Source of the DNA: Mobula hypostoma
Lineage: Eukaryota
DNA: 64,000 nt
Reading direction: 5' to 3'
NCBI RefSeq assembly: GCF_963921235.1
Contig: NC_086097.1
Span: 127,412,001 to 127,476,000, forward strand
The notes below the pieces were generated by a model, which saw only the letters and a program-made list of their open reading frames with translations, searched no databases and was not told the DNA's origin. Below, piece after piece: positions 26,022 to 37,247 of the stretch. The stretch's first letter is position 1. The number at the start of each line of letters is the position of its first letter. The position numbers and the translations under genes were made by a program.

Positions 26022-26908
26022 AAAAATCAAAACAGTGATAATTTGCATGCTGCATACAACATTTCATTGCTTATTGCTAAATCTGGAAGCCAGATACAAT
26101 TGGAGAAGAACTGATTCTGCCAGCAGTAAGGGAGGTTCTAAATACAGATTTGCAGAAGTCACTAAACCAAATAACTAAAGCAATTCCACTCAGTGACACT
26201 CTGTTCAAAGACAAATAGATGAAAAGTCTGAGAATATGGAAGAAACATTGTGCAACATACAGAGGACAACAGAATTTGCTTTGCATTTGGACGAGTCAAA
26301 TTTGGCAGCAAAGAATCTTTGCCTTATGGTTCAAGAGTTGTTATTTACAAGGGAAATATAAACAGATACAAAGAGAGAGTCAATATTTTGGATTGTTGAG
26401 CCATTTTTCAAAGAGAATGACATTCTGCTCACCAACATTCTTGCTTGTGCAACAGATGGGGTTGCCACCGTGGGGTTAATACTTTCTTGGAAAAAAGCTG
26501 TTGCTAACATACTTACCATTCACTGTGTAACGCTGCGCAACTCTCCCTCACTTAAATCCAAATCACTAGCTAGTCTCGACACCATCATAATGGTGTCAAG
26601 GTCTTCATCGATGCCAATGATGGATGAACAACAACATAACACATACTCACAGATAACATATCGTCACAAGAAAACCCAAGTGATCAGTTGCACAAATGCT
26701 GTTATCACAACAGTAAATAAAATCAAGTCCTATGCTCTCAATTCTTGACTATTTCGAGAGCTTTGTATTGAGAAAGATGAACTGTTCGAACACTTGCTGT
26801 TGCACACAGAACTCAGGTGGTTTTCAAAAGGAAACTGGCTAAGATGCTTCTGTGCGCTTTTTGAAACTGATAAGATTCTTTGAAGACTCGAATGCTTCAT
26901 TTAATAAT

Positions 26909-28565
26909 CAAGTTTAGCCTCCAAGTTCAGGGTGAGGTCATCCCTTTCATCGAAGATTACCCGATAAAATGCTTGGGGAAGTGGTTTAATGTGTCACTAA
27001 CAGATGGGGCCAATGTCACCAATGCTGTGAAGCAGACAGACGAACGGCTGAAGAAGATCAACAAATCCAGACTTCCCGGTAAATTCAAGACCTAGCTGTA
27101 CCATTACGGCCTTCTGTCCAGGCTTCTCTGAGTCTTCACACTTCATGAGTTCCCCATGACTGCTGTAGAGGGCATCGAGAGGAAAACCAACAATCACCAG
27201 CTTCTCTTCAGTGGGCCTTTACATTCGTTCTGGGTAACTGCAGCTTCCCCTGTCGTTTGTTGTGGAGGAATTCAAGGTGGCAAAATGCAGAGCCTTATTA
27301 AGCTTGAGAGATTCCAGTGACGTCTTGGTAAAGCAAGCAGTCGTTACAACCAGATCTGGGTGCAAGTGGGCAGCCAACACAGCTGTGGAGCAGGCAGTGT
27401 GTTCTCTGAAGCTGTGAGATATCATCAGCAACTCCTGCGTCGAGTGGCAAGGCCTCGGCTCAGTTCACTTCCAGCAGTGGGGAAACGCAAGCATAAGGAA
27501 CAGGTGAGACATGGTACAGGCAGAAGTACGGATCCGTGAGGAAGAGAAGGGGATGTCAAAGGCAGTGGAACAAGGGTCCCAGGGCGCCTGGACAAAATGG
27601 GATCTGCCTAAGTGCAAGATCTCATAGGCAGAGTTATGGAGACTGGAGCCCTTCCATATTTCCTTCCTCTTGCGATCAGTGTATGATACCCTGCCTTCAC
27701 CATTACATCTGTACTCATGGGGGATGAGAGCGGACCCGAACTGAAAGCTCTGTGGTCAAAAGTGGACACTGGCTCATATACTGTCCAGGTGTAAAACAGC
27801 TGTAACTCAAGGACGGTATGGGTGGTGCCATGATAAGGTGCTTCTGGCTGTTGCTGACACACCAGAGTGGGAGAGATGCAAGAAGAGGGCGGCTGGCACA
27901 GATTTGAGGAAGACCATCACCTTCATCAAGGAGGGAGCCAGGCTTTTCGTAACCAAACAATCTGCTGCTAACGGCCAGGTCCTGGGAGATGAGGGTCGAT
28001 GTGGGAAGGAGGCTGCAGTTCCCGGATGTGGTGTACACAACCCTACGCCCGGACATTGTACTGCGGTCAACTGAAAACAAGAAAATAATTCTGGTTGAGC
28101 TGACTGTGCCGTGGGAGGAGGGATGGGAAGAGGCCCACGAGAGAAAGGCCTTGAAGTACCAGCCCTTACTGCAGGAGTGTAACGAGAAGGGATGGCAGGC
28201 ATGGTTGTTCCCTGTGGAGATCGGCTGCAGAGGTTTCCCAGCCAAATCAGCATGGCGGTTGTTGTCAGATCTGGGCGTGGACGAAAGGAGCAAAAAACAA
28301 GCAGATCGTAGGATGGGGAAGAGGCAGAATGAGCCTCTTGCTGGATTTGGAGTAGGTGAGAGGAGGGAAGCTGGAAGCCAGGAGCAGATGGGCAGTGATT
28401 TGGCCACCACTGCCGGCCCACCAACTGGAGAGTGTCATGGTTAAGGGTCGAAAACACTCTGAGAAGGTTGGGAGCCACCCGATGACATTTGCTCCTGGCT
28501 GAAGGCTACAGTTACTTTATAAGGTATCTGGAGAATGCACCCGAACAGGTGTATGTAACAAGTAA
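26909..28565 (+). mobile_element. HERO-like RLE non-LTR retrotransposon, upstream 5'-truncated copy
   Basis: Colinear with about 30445-32115. Contains RT thumb (KCLGKWF) and RLE (LRPDIV..ILVELTVPWEE..KALKY..FPVEIGCRGF). Multiple stops. Confidence 0.9.
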
Positions 28566-31500
28566 TCTCTGTTTTGTACCAGTGGCTTCCAGGAAAGACT
28601 GGATGGCAACCGAGGAAGGTCAGTGACGCTGGAGAGACAGCTGACCTCCAGGAAAGACTGGTACGGGCTCACAAGGCTAGCAACCTTGTGGGCAGCACTC
28701 GCAAGAGGGAACCACTCAAGCTACGATTGAACACAAAGAGCAATACCCTCAGAGTCTCCTGAGAGGGAGGGGAGAGGATGAGAGACGCAACAGGATGAGA
28801 GATGGCCAGGACAGGAAACACAACTACAAGGAAGCTAAAGCAAACAACACTGACTGGAGAGGAATTCACAGTAAGGTGTCATTGCAGGAAAGTCTGCAAA
28901 AACATCAGAGGGCTCAAGATACACCAGAGCAAATCTAGATGTGGATCAATGGTGACCCAAGTGCAGCACATGGACTTGGTGTCCAGTGAGACGAAAGAGA
29001 ATTCCAGCCAGGAAGCATCCCACAGAGCTGAAGATCTCTCCGCACTCGAGTCGCCTCAGCACCGAACAACAGACCAAGTGAGTTCCTCTTTGGCTACCCC
29101 AATCCATTCATCAAGGAAAGGCAGGATCAAATGGCCTAGATCGTCAGACAACGTCACCTGGATGCAACCAAATAGGAGGGAAAGGGAGGTTCGTCGCTTG
29201 AGAGGTGAATTACAGACGCTCAACAAGAGGTTTAAAACCAGCTCACCGGCCGAAAAAGTGCCCTCTTAACCAGCATGTTGTGGGAAAAGCTGTGCAAACT
29301 CTGGAGGGCGGAATATCTACGACAGCAAAGAGGGAAGAAAGAGAAAAGGGGAGCGCAGTTTGTGAGAGATCCATTCAGTTTCACCAGGACTCTTCTCAGC
29401 CAACAAAAATCTGTTATACTATCCAGCTCAAAGCCAGAGGTAGAGGAGTTCCTGTGGGAGGCACACAGTGACCCATGGAGGGATCGGGACTAGGAACCAA
29501 TGGGCCTGTGCGAAGACCGGAAAAACCATCAAATGAGCTGAATGTGAAGGAGCCTACGTGGCAGGAAATCCAGGACATCATCCGTAAAGCTAAAGCATCA
29601 GCTGCCCCAGGCCCAAGTGGCCTACCTTATAAGGTGTATAAGAAATGCCTAAAACTTCTTCGGAGGCTGTGGAAGGTCATGAGAAAGATCTGGGCCAAAG
29701 GTACTATTCCATCAAGTTGGAAATTGGCAGAGGGATGCTTTATTCCAAAGGAAGAGGATTCTTCTACAATTACTCAGTTTAGGATAATTTCTCTCCTGGA
29801 TGTGAAATGTAAGTTTTTCATTTCTGTGCTCGCAAGAAGGCTGATTTCTTACATGACACAGAACTGCTATATCAACACATCCATCCAGAAAGGCGGTATT
29901 CCAGGCTTTTCGGGGTGTCTGGAACACACCTCAATGATTAGCCATTTGATCAGTGAGGCCAAGCAGAAAAAAGGCAACTTAACAGTTGTCTGGTTAGACC
30001 TTGCGAGCGCCTACGGGTCTATTCCACATGACCTCATCCTAGAAGGACTCGACCACTACTATATCCCAGTGGCTATTCCAGACATGATCACCAGCTACCT
30101 GGGAGGATTCCAACAGATTTACATCAGCCCATTTCACAACTAGGTTGGCAGGACCTCCAGAAGGGGATTCCAACAGGGTGCACCATCTCCCCCACCCTAT
30201 TTATTATGGGAATGAACCTCCTACTATCAGCAGCAGAAGATGTAACCCGCGGCCCGACGTTGGAGTCGGGCATTGTTCAGCCGACTCTACGAGGGTTCAT
30301 GGACGACATCACTATAACAACTCTGGCACATGTCCAAGCAAGATGGGTATTGGAATCCCTGGATAATGTAGCCACTTGGGCGAGGATGTCCTTCAAGGCC
30401 AAGAAGTCCAGGTGCATGGTGATCAGAAAGGGCAAAGTTACTAGCAAGTTTAGCCTCCAAGTTCAGGGTAAGGTCATCCCTTCCATCGAAGCTAACCCGA
30501 TAAAATGCTTGGGGAAGTGGTTAAATGTGTAATTGACAGACGGAGCCAATGTCACCAATACTGTGAAGCAGACAGACGAATGGCTGGAGAAGATTGACAA
30601 ATCAGGATTTCCTAATAAATTCAAGACCTGGCTGTACCAATACGGCCTTCTGCCCAGGCTTCTCTGGCTCTTCACACTTTATGAGTTCCCCATGACTGCC
30701 GTACAGGGCATCGAGAGGAAAACCAACAAACACTTGCGGAGATGGTTGGGAGTTCCCCCAAGCTTCTCTTCAGTGGGTCTCTATATTCGATCTGGGCAAC
30801 TGCAGCTTCCCCTGTCATCTGTTGTGGAGGAATTCAAGGTGGTAAAATGCAGAGCCTTATTAAGCTTGAGAGATTCCAATGATGACTCGGTAAAGCAAGC
30901 AGGTGTTACAACCAGATCTGGGTGCAAGCGGGCAGCCAACATAGCTGTGGAGCAGGCAGTGTGTTCTCTGAAGCTGTGAGATATTATTGGCAACCCCTGC
31001 ATTGGGCGGCAAGGCCTCGGCTCAGTTCACTTCCAGCAGTGGGGAAATGCAAGCATAAGGAACAGGCGAGACATGGTACAGGCAGAAGTACGGATCCGTG
31101 AGGAAGAGAAGTGGATGTCAAAGGCAGTGGAACAAGGGTCCCAGGGTGCCTGGACAAAATGGGATCTGCCCAAGCGCAAGATCTCATGGGCAGAGTTATG
31201 GAGACTGGAGCCCTTCAATATTTCCTTCCTCTTGCGATCAGTGTATGACACCCTTCCATTGCCATTCCATCTGTACACATGGGGGATGAGAGAGGACTCG
31301 AACTGTAAGCTCTGTGGTCAAAAGTGGACACTGGCTCATATACTGTCCAGGTGTAAAACAGCTCTCACTCAAGGATGGTATGGGTGGTGCCATGATAAGG
31401 TGCTTCTGCCTGTTGCTGATACACTAGAGCGGGAGAGATGCAAGAAGAGGACGGCTGGCACAGACTTGAGAGAGAGCCAGGCCTTTCGTAACCAAACAAC

Positions 31501-32227
31501 CAAAGCCCAATCTGCTGCTAACGGCCAGGTCCTGGGAGATGAGGGTCGATGTGGGAAGGAGGCTGCAGTTCCCGGATGTTGTGCACACAACCCTACGCCC
31601 GGAAATTGTACTGTGGTCAACTGAAGACAGGGAGTAATTCTGGTTGAGCTGACTGTGCCATGGGAGGAGGGATGGGAAGAGGCCCACGACAGAAAGGCCT
31701 TGAAGTACCAGCTCTTAATGCAGGAGTGCAAAGACAAGGGATGGCAGGCATGGTTGTTCCCTGTGGAGATCGGCTGCAGAGGTTTCCCAGCCAAAGCAGC
31801 ATGACGGTTGTTGTCAGATCTGGGCCTGGATGAAAGGAGCAAAAAACAAGCAACTTGTAGGATGGGGGAAGAGGCAGAACGAGCCTCTTGTTGGATTTGG
31901 AGTAGGCGAGAGGAGGGAAGCTGGAAGCCAGGAGCAGATGGGCAGTGATTTGGCCACCACTGCCGGCCCACCAACTGGAGAGTGTTGTGGTTAAGGGTCG
32001 AAACACTCTGTGAAGGTTGGGAACCACCTGATGACATCTGCTCCTGGCTGAAGGCTACAGTTACCTTATAAGGTATCTGGAGAATGCACCCTAACAGGTG
32101 TATGTAACAAGTAATCTCTGGTTTGTACCAGTGGCTTCCAGGAAAGACTGGATGGCAACCGAGGAAGGTCGGTGACACTGGAGAGACAGCTGACCTCCAG
32201 GAAAGACTGACAGGTGTACGTAACAAG
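28566..32227 (+). mobile_element. HERO-like RLE non-LTR retrotransposon, near full-length copy plus terminal redundancy
   Basis: Frameshifted single ORF from about 28802 to 31948: N-terminal zinc finger CHCRKVCKNIRGLKIHQSKSRC; RT (AAPGPSG, QKGGIPGFSGCLEH, WLDLASAYGSIPH, GCTISP, FMDD); CCHC CKLCGQKWTLAHILSRC; RLE domain; stop in ..KPGADGQ*. Clade assignment is from motif recall. Confidence 0.9.
31926..32049 (+). ncRNA. Candidate non-circularly permuted (pseudoknotted) hammerhead ribozyme; second copy at 28376-28500
   Basis: Core CTGATGA (32028-34) and GAAA (32000-03). Stem III AGAGTGT/ACACTCT, stem I GTGGTT/AACCAC, stem II GGCCC/GGGTC, 15-bp outer stem. The GTC triplet is retained in the 28434-36 copy. 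Confidence 0.7.
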
Positions 32228-33514
32228 CAGAAATGACATTGCTTATTTGTCAGAATTATTCGCAAAGTTTAATGAAATCAGTTTTCAATCGCTAGGAAAT
32301 GAAGTGTACCTTGTCAATGTCAAATCCATCATCTCCACATTTCTGTCCAAGTTAACCCTATTCAAGTGCAACATTGGCCATTGCAACCTTTTCCAATTTC
32401 CGAACTTCTCGCACTTGGAAGAGAAAAAAAAGAGTACTAGGTGATCATCATCAAGAATACTGAGCCCACCTGGGAGAGCTGCATCAAGACATGTCAGGGT
32501 GATTTCAGGATCTTCTCTTTATCAGAATTCCAGATTGGATAATAAATCCATTCTTCCACACTCTTCCATAATCCATTCTTCCACATTCTTCCATAAATCC
32601 ACACTTGAAATGAGGAACCAACAGGAAGGATGGAGTTAGAACTGATCTTGCTACGAAATGACTTTGAGCTGAAGCTGAGCTACAAAAAGCCATATCAAGA
32701 CTTTTGGTTGCAGAAAGAAACCCCTGATCCTGCACTGTGGAAAAAGGTCAAGATGCTCCTTATGCCTATCCAACATCGTACTTAGTGGAGTGTGGTTTCA
32801 GTGCGGTTGCCAACATCTTTCAAAGCAATGAAACAGACTGGAAATTACTGAGTGTGGGGAACTGAGACGCCATCTGAGTGACAGTCAGCCTGATGTTGGG
32901 AAACTACTATCACTGCACCAAGCCTATCCATCTCATTGAAAGGTGAAAGAGCAATGAAGTAGTGAATAGTTGGACTGCTAATGTACGCTCTAAAATTGTT
33001 TACCATAATTTAATAAAGAAACAATTTTATTTGCAGCTTTAAATAGATTTGAATATTTTTGCAATGATTTAGGAGGTGACAAAGGGCTGCACATGATAGA
33101 ATCTGATGGGAGAGGAAAGTGGAGCATGGAATCAAGCAAGGGAAGTGGGGTAGGCAGATGAGAACTTCCATCTGTTCCTCATTCCGACATTGGCAGACAC
33201 TTGCACAGGGAGTTGCACACTCATAGTAATCAGCTTTAGCCTTGGTTGCTGTGATGAGCTCAAGGTTTCTGCTGCATCTCATCCCTCCCAGTAACTCAGA
33301 CAGGCTGTCTACTTAAACAAGGCAAGAGCCACTTGACGACCTATCAGCAGCAGACACATCCTATGCTATAGGCAAACCTTTTCCGCATTTTCAGCAGGAT
33401 TTTGGTCAGAATCACTCAGCGGTTGAAAAACGTTAGCCTAATTCCAACTTCAGCACATCAACCAACTCACTCACAGGAAAGAGATTTTCAACCAGACTTC
33501 TGCTTTCAAACGTC

Positions 33515-33890
33515 GCTGCAGTGCAAGAAACTATAGGTGTAATTGTGGGTAAAATGTAGGAATTGTAGATGTAAGGCCAGGGAATTGCAGACACTATACA
33601 GAAACAATACAGGAAATTGGAATAATTTGCAGGAAGTAGAGGTATTATGTATAGAGGAACCGATGGTTGCATTTGTAAAGTAGGAAATTGCAGATTTAAT
33701 GCACGAAATTACAGATGCATTGCAGGAAACTGTAGACATAATGAAGGAAATTGCAACAGCTTTGAAGTAAGTTGAAAGGTATATTGCAGTCGAATGCAGG
33801 AAATTGTCGATGCATTGCAGAAAATTGAAGATGCAATGCAAGAAAATGGAGATGCATTGCAGGAAGCAGTAGGTATAATGTCATGCATGG
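33515..33890 (+). repeat. Degenerate 21-bp tandem repeat (consensus near GATGCATTGCAGGAAATTGCA)
   Basis: caggaaattg/gatgcattg recurs at about 21-bp spacing. Reads as heptads EIADLMHEITDALQETVDIMKEIATALK, with stops and frameshifts. Confidence 0.65.
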
Positions 33891-34507
33891 AAGTGGTGCA
33901 ATTTTCTTTTTCCATTGTATCTAAATTTCTGATTCTGGGTGGAGCATAAGTTAAGTTCAGGGAACAGATTAAGCCAGCTTGCATCTGTGAAGGTAGGCAG
34001 ACTTTTTTTGTAATCCTGGCAACAAAGGTCTAAGACATCATCGGAGGACAAGAAGGGGGACTAACAACAATGAATTTCAACAAGAGATAGTATTACAGAG
34101 TCATAGAGCACAGAAACAGGCCCTTCAGCCCATTGCTTCCGCACCAACCTATACAAATCCCTTTTTTCATCTGACATCCTATCGACTCCCCTCTAATTTC
34201 CCTCAACCATCTGGAGACAAGGAGTACTTTACAGTGCCAATTACACTACCTCAACCTGCACATCTCTGGGATGTGAAAGGAAACTAGAGTACTGTGCAGG
34301 AAACCCACACAGAAACAGGATGAACATGTAAACTCCACACAGTCAGGAACTGAGGTTAGGATTGAACATGAGTCACTGGAGCAGTGAGCCATCAAAAGAG
34401 CAAGAGTATTTTTATTACATTAACTTACATAAATGTCAGCACCTAGGGAATCTGCTTATCTCACTTTCCCAAACCCCTTTTCACCAAACCCCTATCTGCA
34501 TAATCCT

Positions 34508-36315
34508 AGCAACACACATCAAAGTTGCTGGTGAACGCAGCAGGCCAGGCAGCATCTCTAGGAAGAGGTACAGTCGATGTTTCAGGCCGAGACCCTTCGT
34601 CAGGACTAACTGAAGGAAGAGTTAGTAAGAGATTTGAAAGTGGGAGGGGGAGGGGGAGATCCAAAATGATAGGAGAAGACAGGAGGGGGAGGGATGGAGC
34701 CAAGAGCTGGACAGGTGATAGGCAAAGGGGATATGAGAGGATCATGGGACAGGAGGCCCAGGGAGAAAGACAAGGGGGTGGGGAACCCAGAGGATGGGCA
34801 AGGGGTATATTCAGAGGGACAGAGGGAGAAAAAGGAGAGTTAGAGAAAGAATGTGTGTATAAAAATAAATAATGGATGGGGTACGAGGGGGAGGTGGGGC
34901 ATTAGCAGAAGTTAGGGAAGTCGATGTTCATGCCATCAGGTTGGAGGCTACCCAGACGGAATATAAGGTGTTGTTCCTCCAATCTGAGTGTGGCTTCATC
35001 TTTACAGTAGAGGAGGCCGTGGATAGACGTGTCAGAATGGGAATGGGATGTGGAATTAAAATGGGTGGCCACTGGAAGATCCTGCTTTCTCTGGTGGACA
35101 GAGCGTAGGTGTTCAGCAAAACGGTCTCCCAGTCTGCGTCGGGTCTCGCCAATATATAGAAGGCCACATCGGGAGCACCGGACGCAGTATATCACCCCAG
35201 CCGACTCACAGGTGAAGTGTTGCCTCACCTGGAAGGACTGTCTGGGGCCCTGAATGGTGGTAAGGGAGGAAGTGTAAGGGCTTGTATAGCACTTGTTCCG
35301 CTTACAAGGATAAGTGCTAGGAGGGAGATCAGTGGGGAGGGATGGCGGGGACGAATGGACAAGGGAGCTGCGTAGGGAGCGATCCCTGCGGAAAGCAGAG
35401 GCGGGGGGAGGAAAAGATGTGCTTAGTGGTGGGATCCCGTTGGAGGTGGCGGAAGTTATGGAGAATAATATGTTGGACCCGGAGGCTGGTGGGGTGGTAG
35501 GTGAGGACCAGGGGAACCCTATTCCTAGTGGGGTGGCGGGAGGATGGAGTGACAGCAGATGTACGTGAAATGGGGCAGATGCGTTTGAGAGCAGAGTTGA
35601 TGGTGGAGGAAGGGAAGCCCCTTTCTTTAAAAAAGGAGGACATCTCCCTCGTCCTGGAATGAAAAGCCTCATCCTGAGAGCAGATGCAGCGGAGATGGAG
35701 GAATTGCGAGAAGGGGATGGCATTTTTGCAAGAGACAGGGTGAGAAGAGGAACAGTCCAGATAGCTGTGAGAGTCAGTAGGCTTATAGTAGACATCAGTG
35801 GATAAGCTGTCTCCAGAGATAGACAGAAAGATCTAGAAAGGGGAGGGAGGTGTCGAAAATGGACCAGGTAAACTTGAGGGCAGGGTGAAAGTTGGAGGCA
35901 AAGTTAATAAAGTCAACGAGTTCTGCATGCGTGCAGGAAGCAGCGCCAAGGCAGTCGTTGATGTAGCGAAGGAAAAGTGGGGGACAGATACCAGAATAAG
36001 CTTGGAATATGGATTGTTCCACAAAGCCAACAAAAAGGCAGGCATAGCTGGGACCCGTACGGGTTCCCATGGCTACACCTTTAGTTTGAAGGAAGTGGGA
36101 GGAGCCAAAGGAGAAATTATTAAGAGTAAGGATTAATTCCGCTAGAGGGAGCAGAGTGGTGGTAGAGGGGAACTGATTAGGTCTGGAATCCAAAAAGAAG
36201 CGTAGAGCTTTGAGACCTTCCCGATGGGGGATGGAAGTATATAGGGACTGGACATCCGTGGTGAAAATAAAGCAGTGGGGGCCAGAGAACTTAAAATCAT
36301 CGAAAAGTTTAAGAG
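34508..36315 (-). mobile_element. Penelope-like element, 5'-truncated and frameshifted
   Basis: Near-identical reverse complement of 22761-24555. ORFs 35795-36193 (RT) and 34902-35795 (GIY-YIG). Hammerhead at 34572-34607. Confidence 0.95.
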
Positions 36316-37247
36316 TTCTCTCACTGCGTAATCCTAAATGCCTTTCTCTCTAAGGTATTGCATCTCCATTTCAGATACTAGACTGGGGCTTAAGGAAAGT
36401 GCAAGGAACAGCTCAATTCAGCTGACGTTTCTGTGGTTTTCACCAATGGAGATCTTCCCTCCATGGACTCAGTCTACACTTCCTGTTGTCCAGATAAAGT
36501 AGCTAGCATAATCATTGATCCCTCTCACCCTGAATATTCTCTCTTATCCTGTCTTCTAACAGAAGAGCTTAATAACATGTCACAGCAGACTCAACGACAG
36601 CTTCTATCATAATGCAGCCAGACTCGAATGGACCTCCTGTACAACAAGATAGACTCCTGATCTCTCAATCTATCTCGTTGTGGCGTCCCACTTCATTTGT
36701 CTTCCTGAACCGCATTTTCTCTGTGACTGTAGCATTATATCCTGCACGTTGTTATTGCACTTCCTTTTGTACTACCTCAAAGTACTTTTGTTTGGAACCA
36801 TGTATCTGAGTGACACACAAAACCAAGATTTTCACTGTATTTCTGTATATGTGACAATGATAAACCAATCTCCAACTACCTGTCCTTCCAAAGCAACAAA
36901 GCCGTTCATTTCAACTAGTTTTTTGTAGTGGTGAGCTACACATTCTAACCACAGACTGGGCACCTAAGCCTCTTTCAGAATCTATCAGTAAGTCTGGGAC
37001 ACTGTGCTCGACAATTCATATACTGTTTCAGGAATTACTGTAGTTTCAAAGAAATGACAATGGCTCTGAGAGGAGCTATCAGTTAGTTCGATGTAATAAC
37101 AGCTAAGATTATAATGTGATTCTTGCAAGTACAAGGAACAGAATGCCTGTGACCTTGAAGTTCCTCCCTCCTGGTTACAACACTCGCTCTTGCACACCTT
37201 GGGAGAGTCAGGATGGTCCTAACGCTCAAGCCTCTGGAGTGAAATCA

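Larger units (their letters stand above)
22580..32939 (+). mobile_element. Decayed hAT-Charlie DNA transposon (ZBED8/SCAND3-like transposase) with nested insertions
   Basis: Left end CAGTGGTTCCCAAAGTGGGCG after acttagat. Transposase pieces: MAEAEQMKK*CRQYSVEYLKY (25129), AYNISLLIAKSG..TIGEELILPAV, ATDG, IHCV, LLLHTELRWFSKG (26020-26908), RNDIAYLSELFAKFNE..HQAYPSH* (32228-32939). Right TIR not found. Confidence 0.85.

Noticed and set aside
31987..32030. Pistol or HDV-like ribozyme (GTGGTTAAGGG resembles a pistol 5' end)
   Set aside because: The pistol P1 pairing and the HDV nested pseudoknot could not be built. The hammerhead core and stems explain the sequence better.
27715..32265. Long minus-strand ORFs (231, 223 and 298 aa)
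   Set aside because: Antisense shadows of the HERO-like ORF with no independent motifs.
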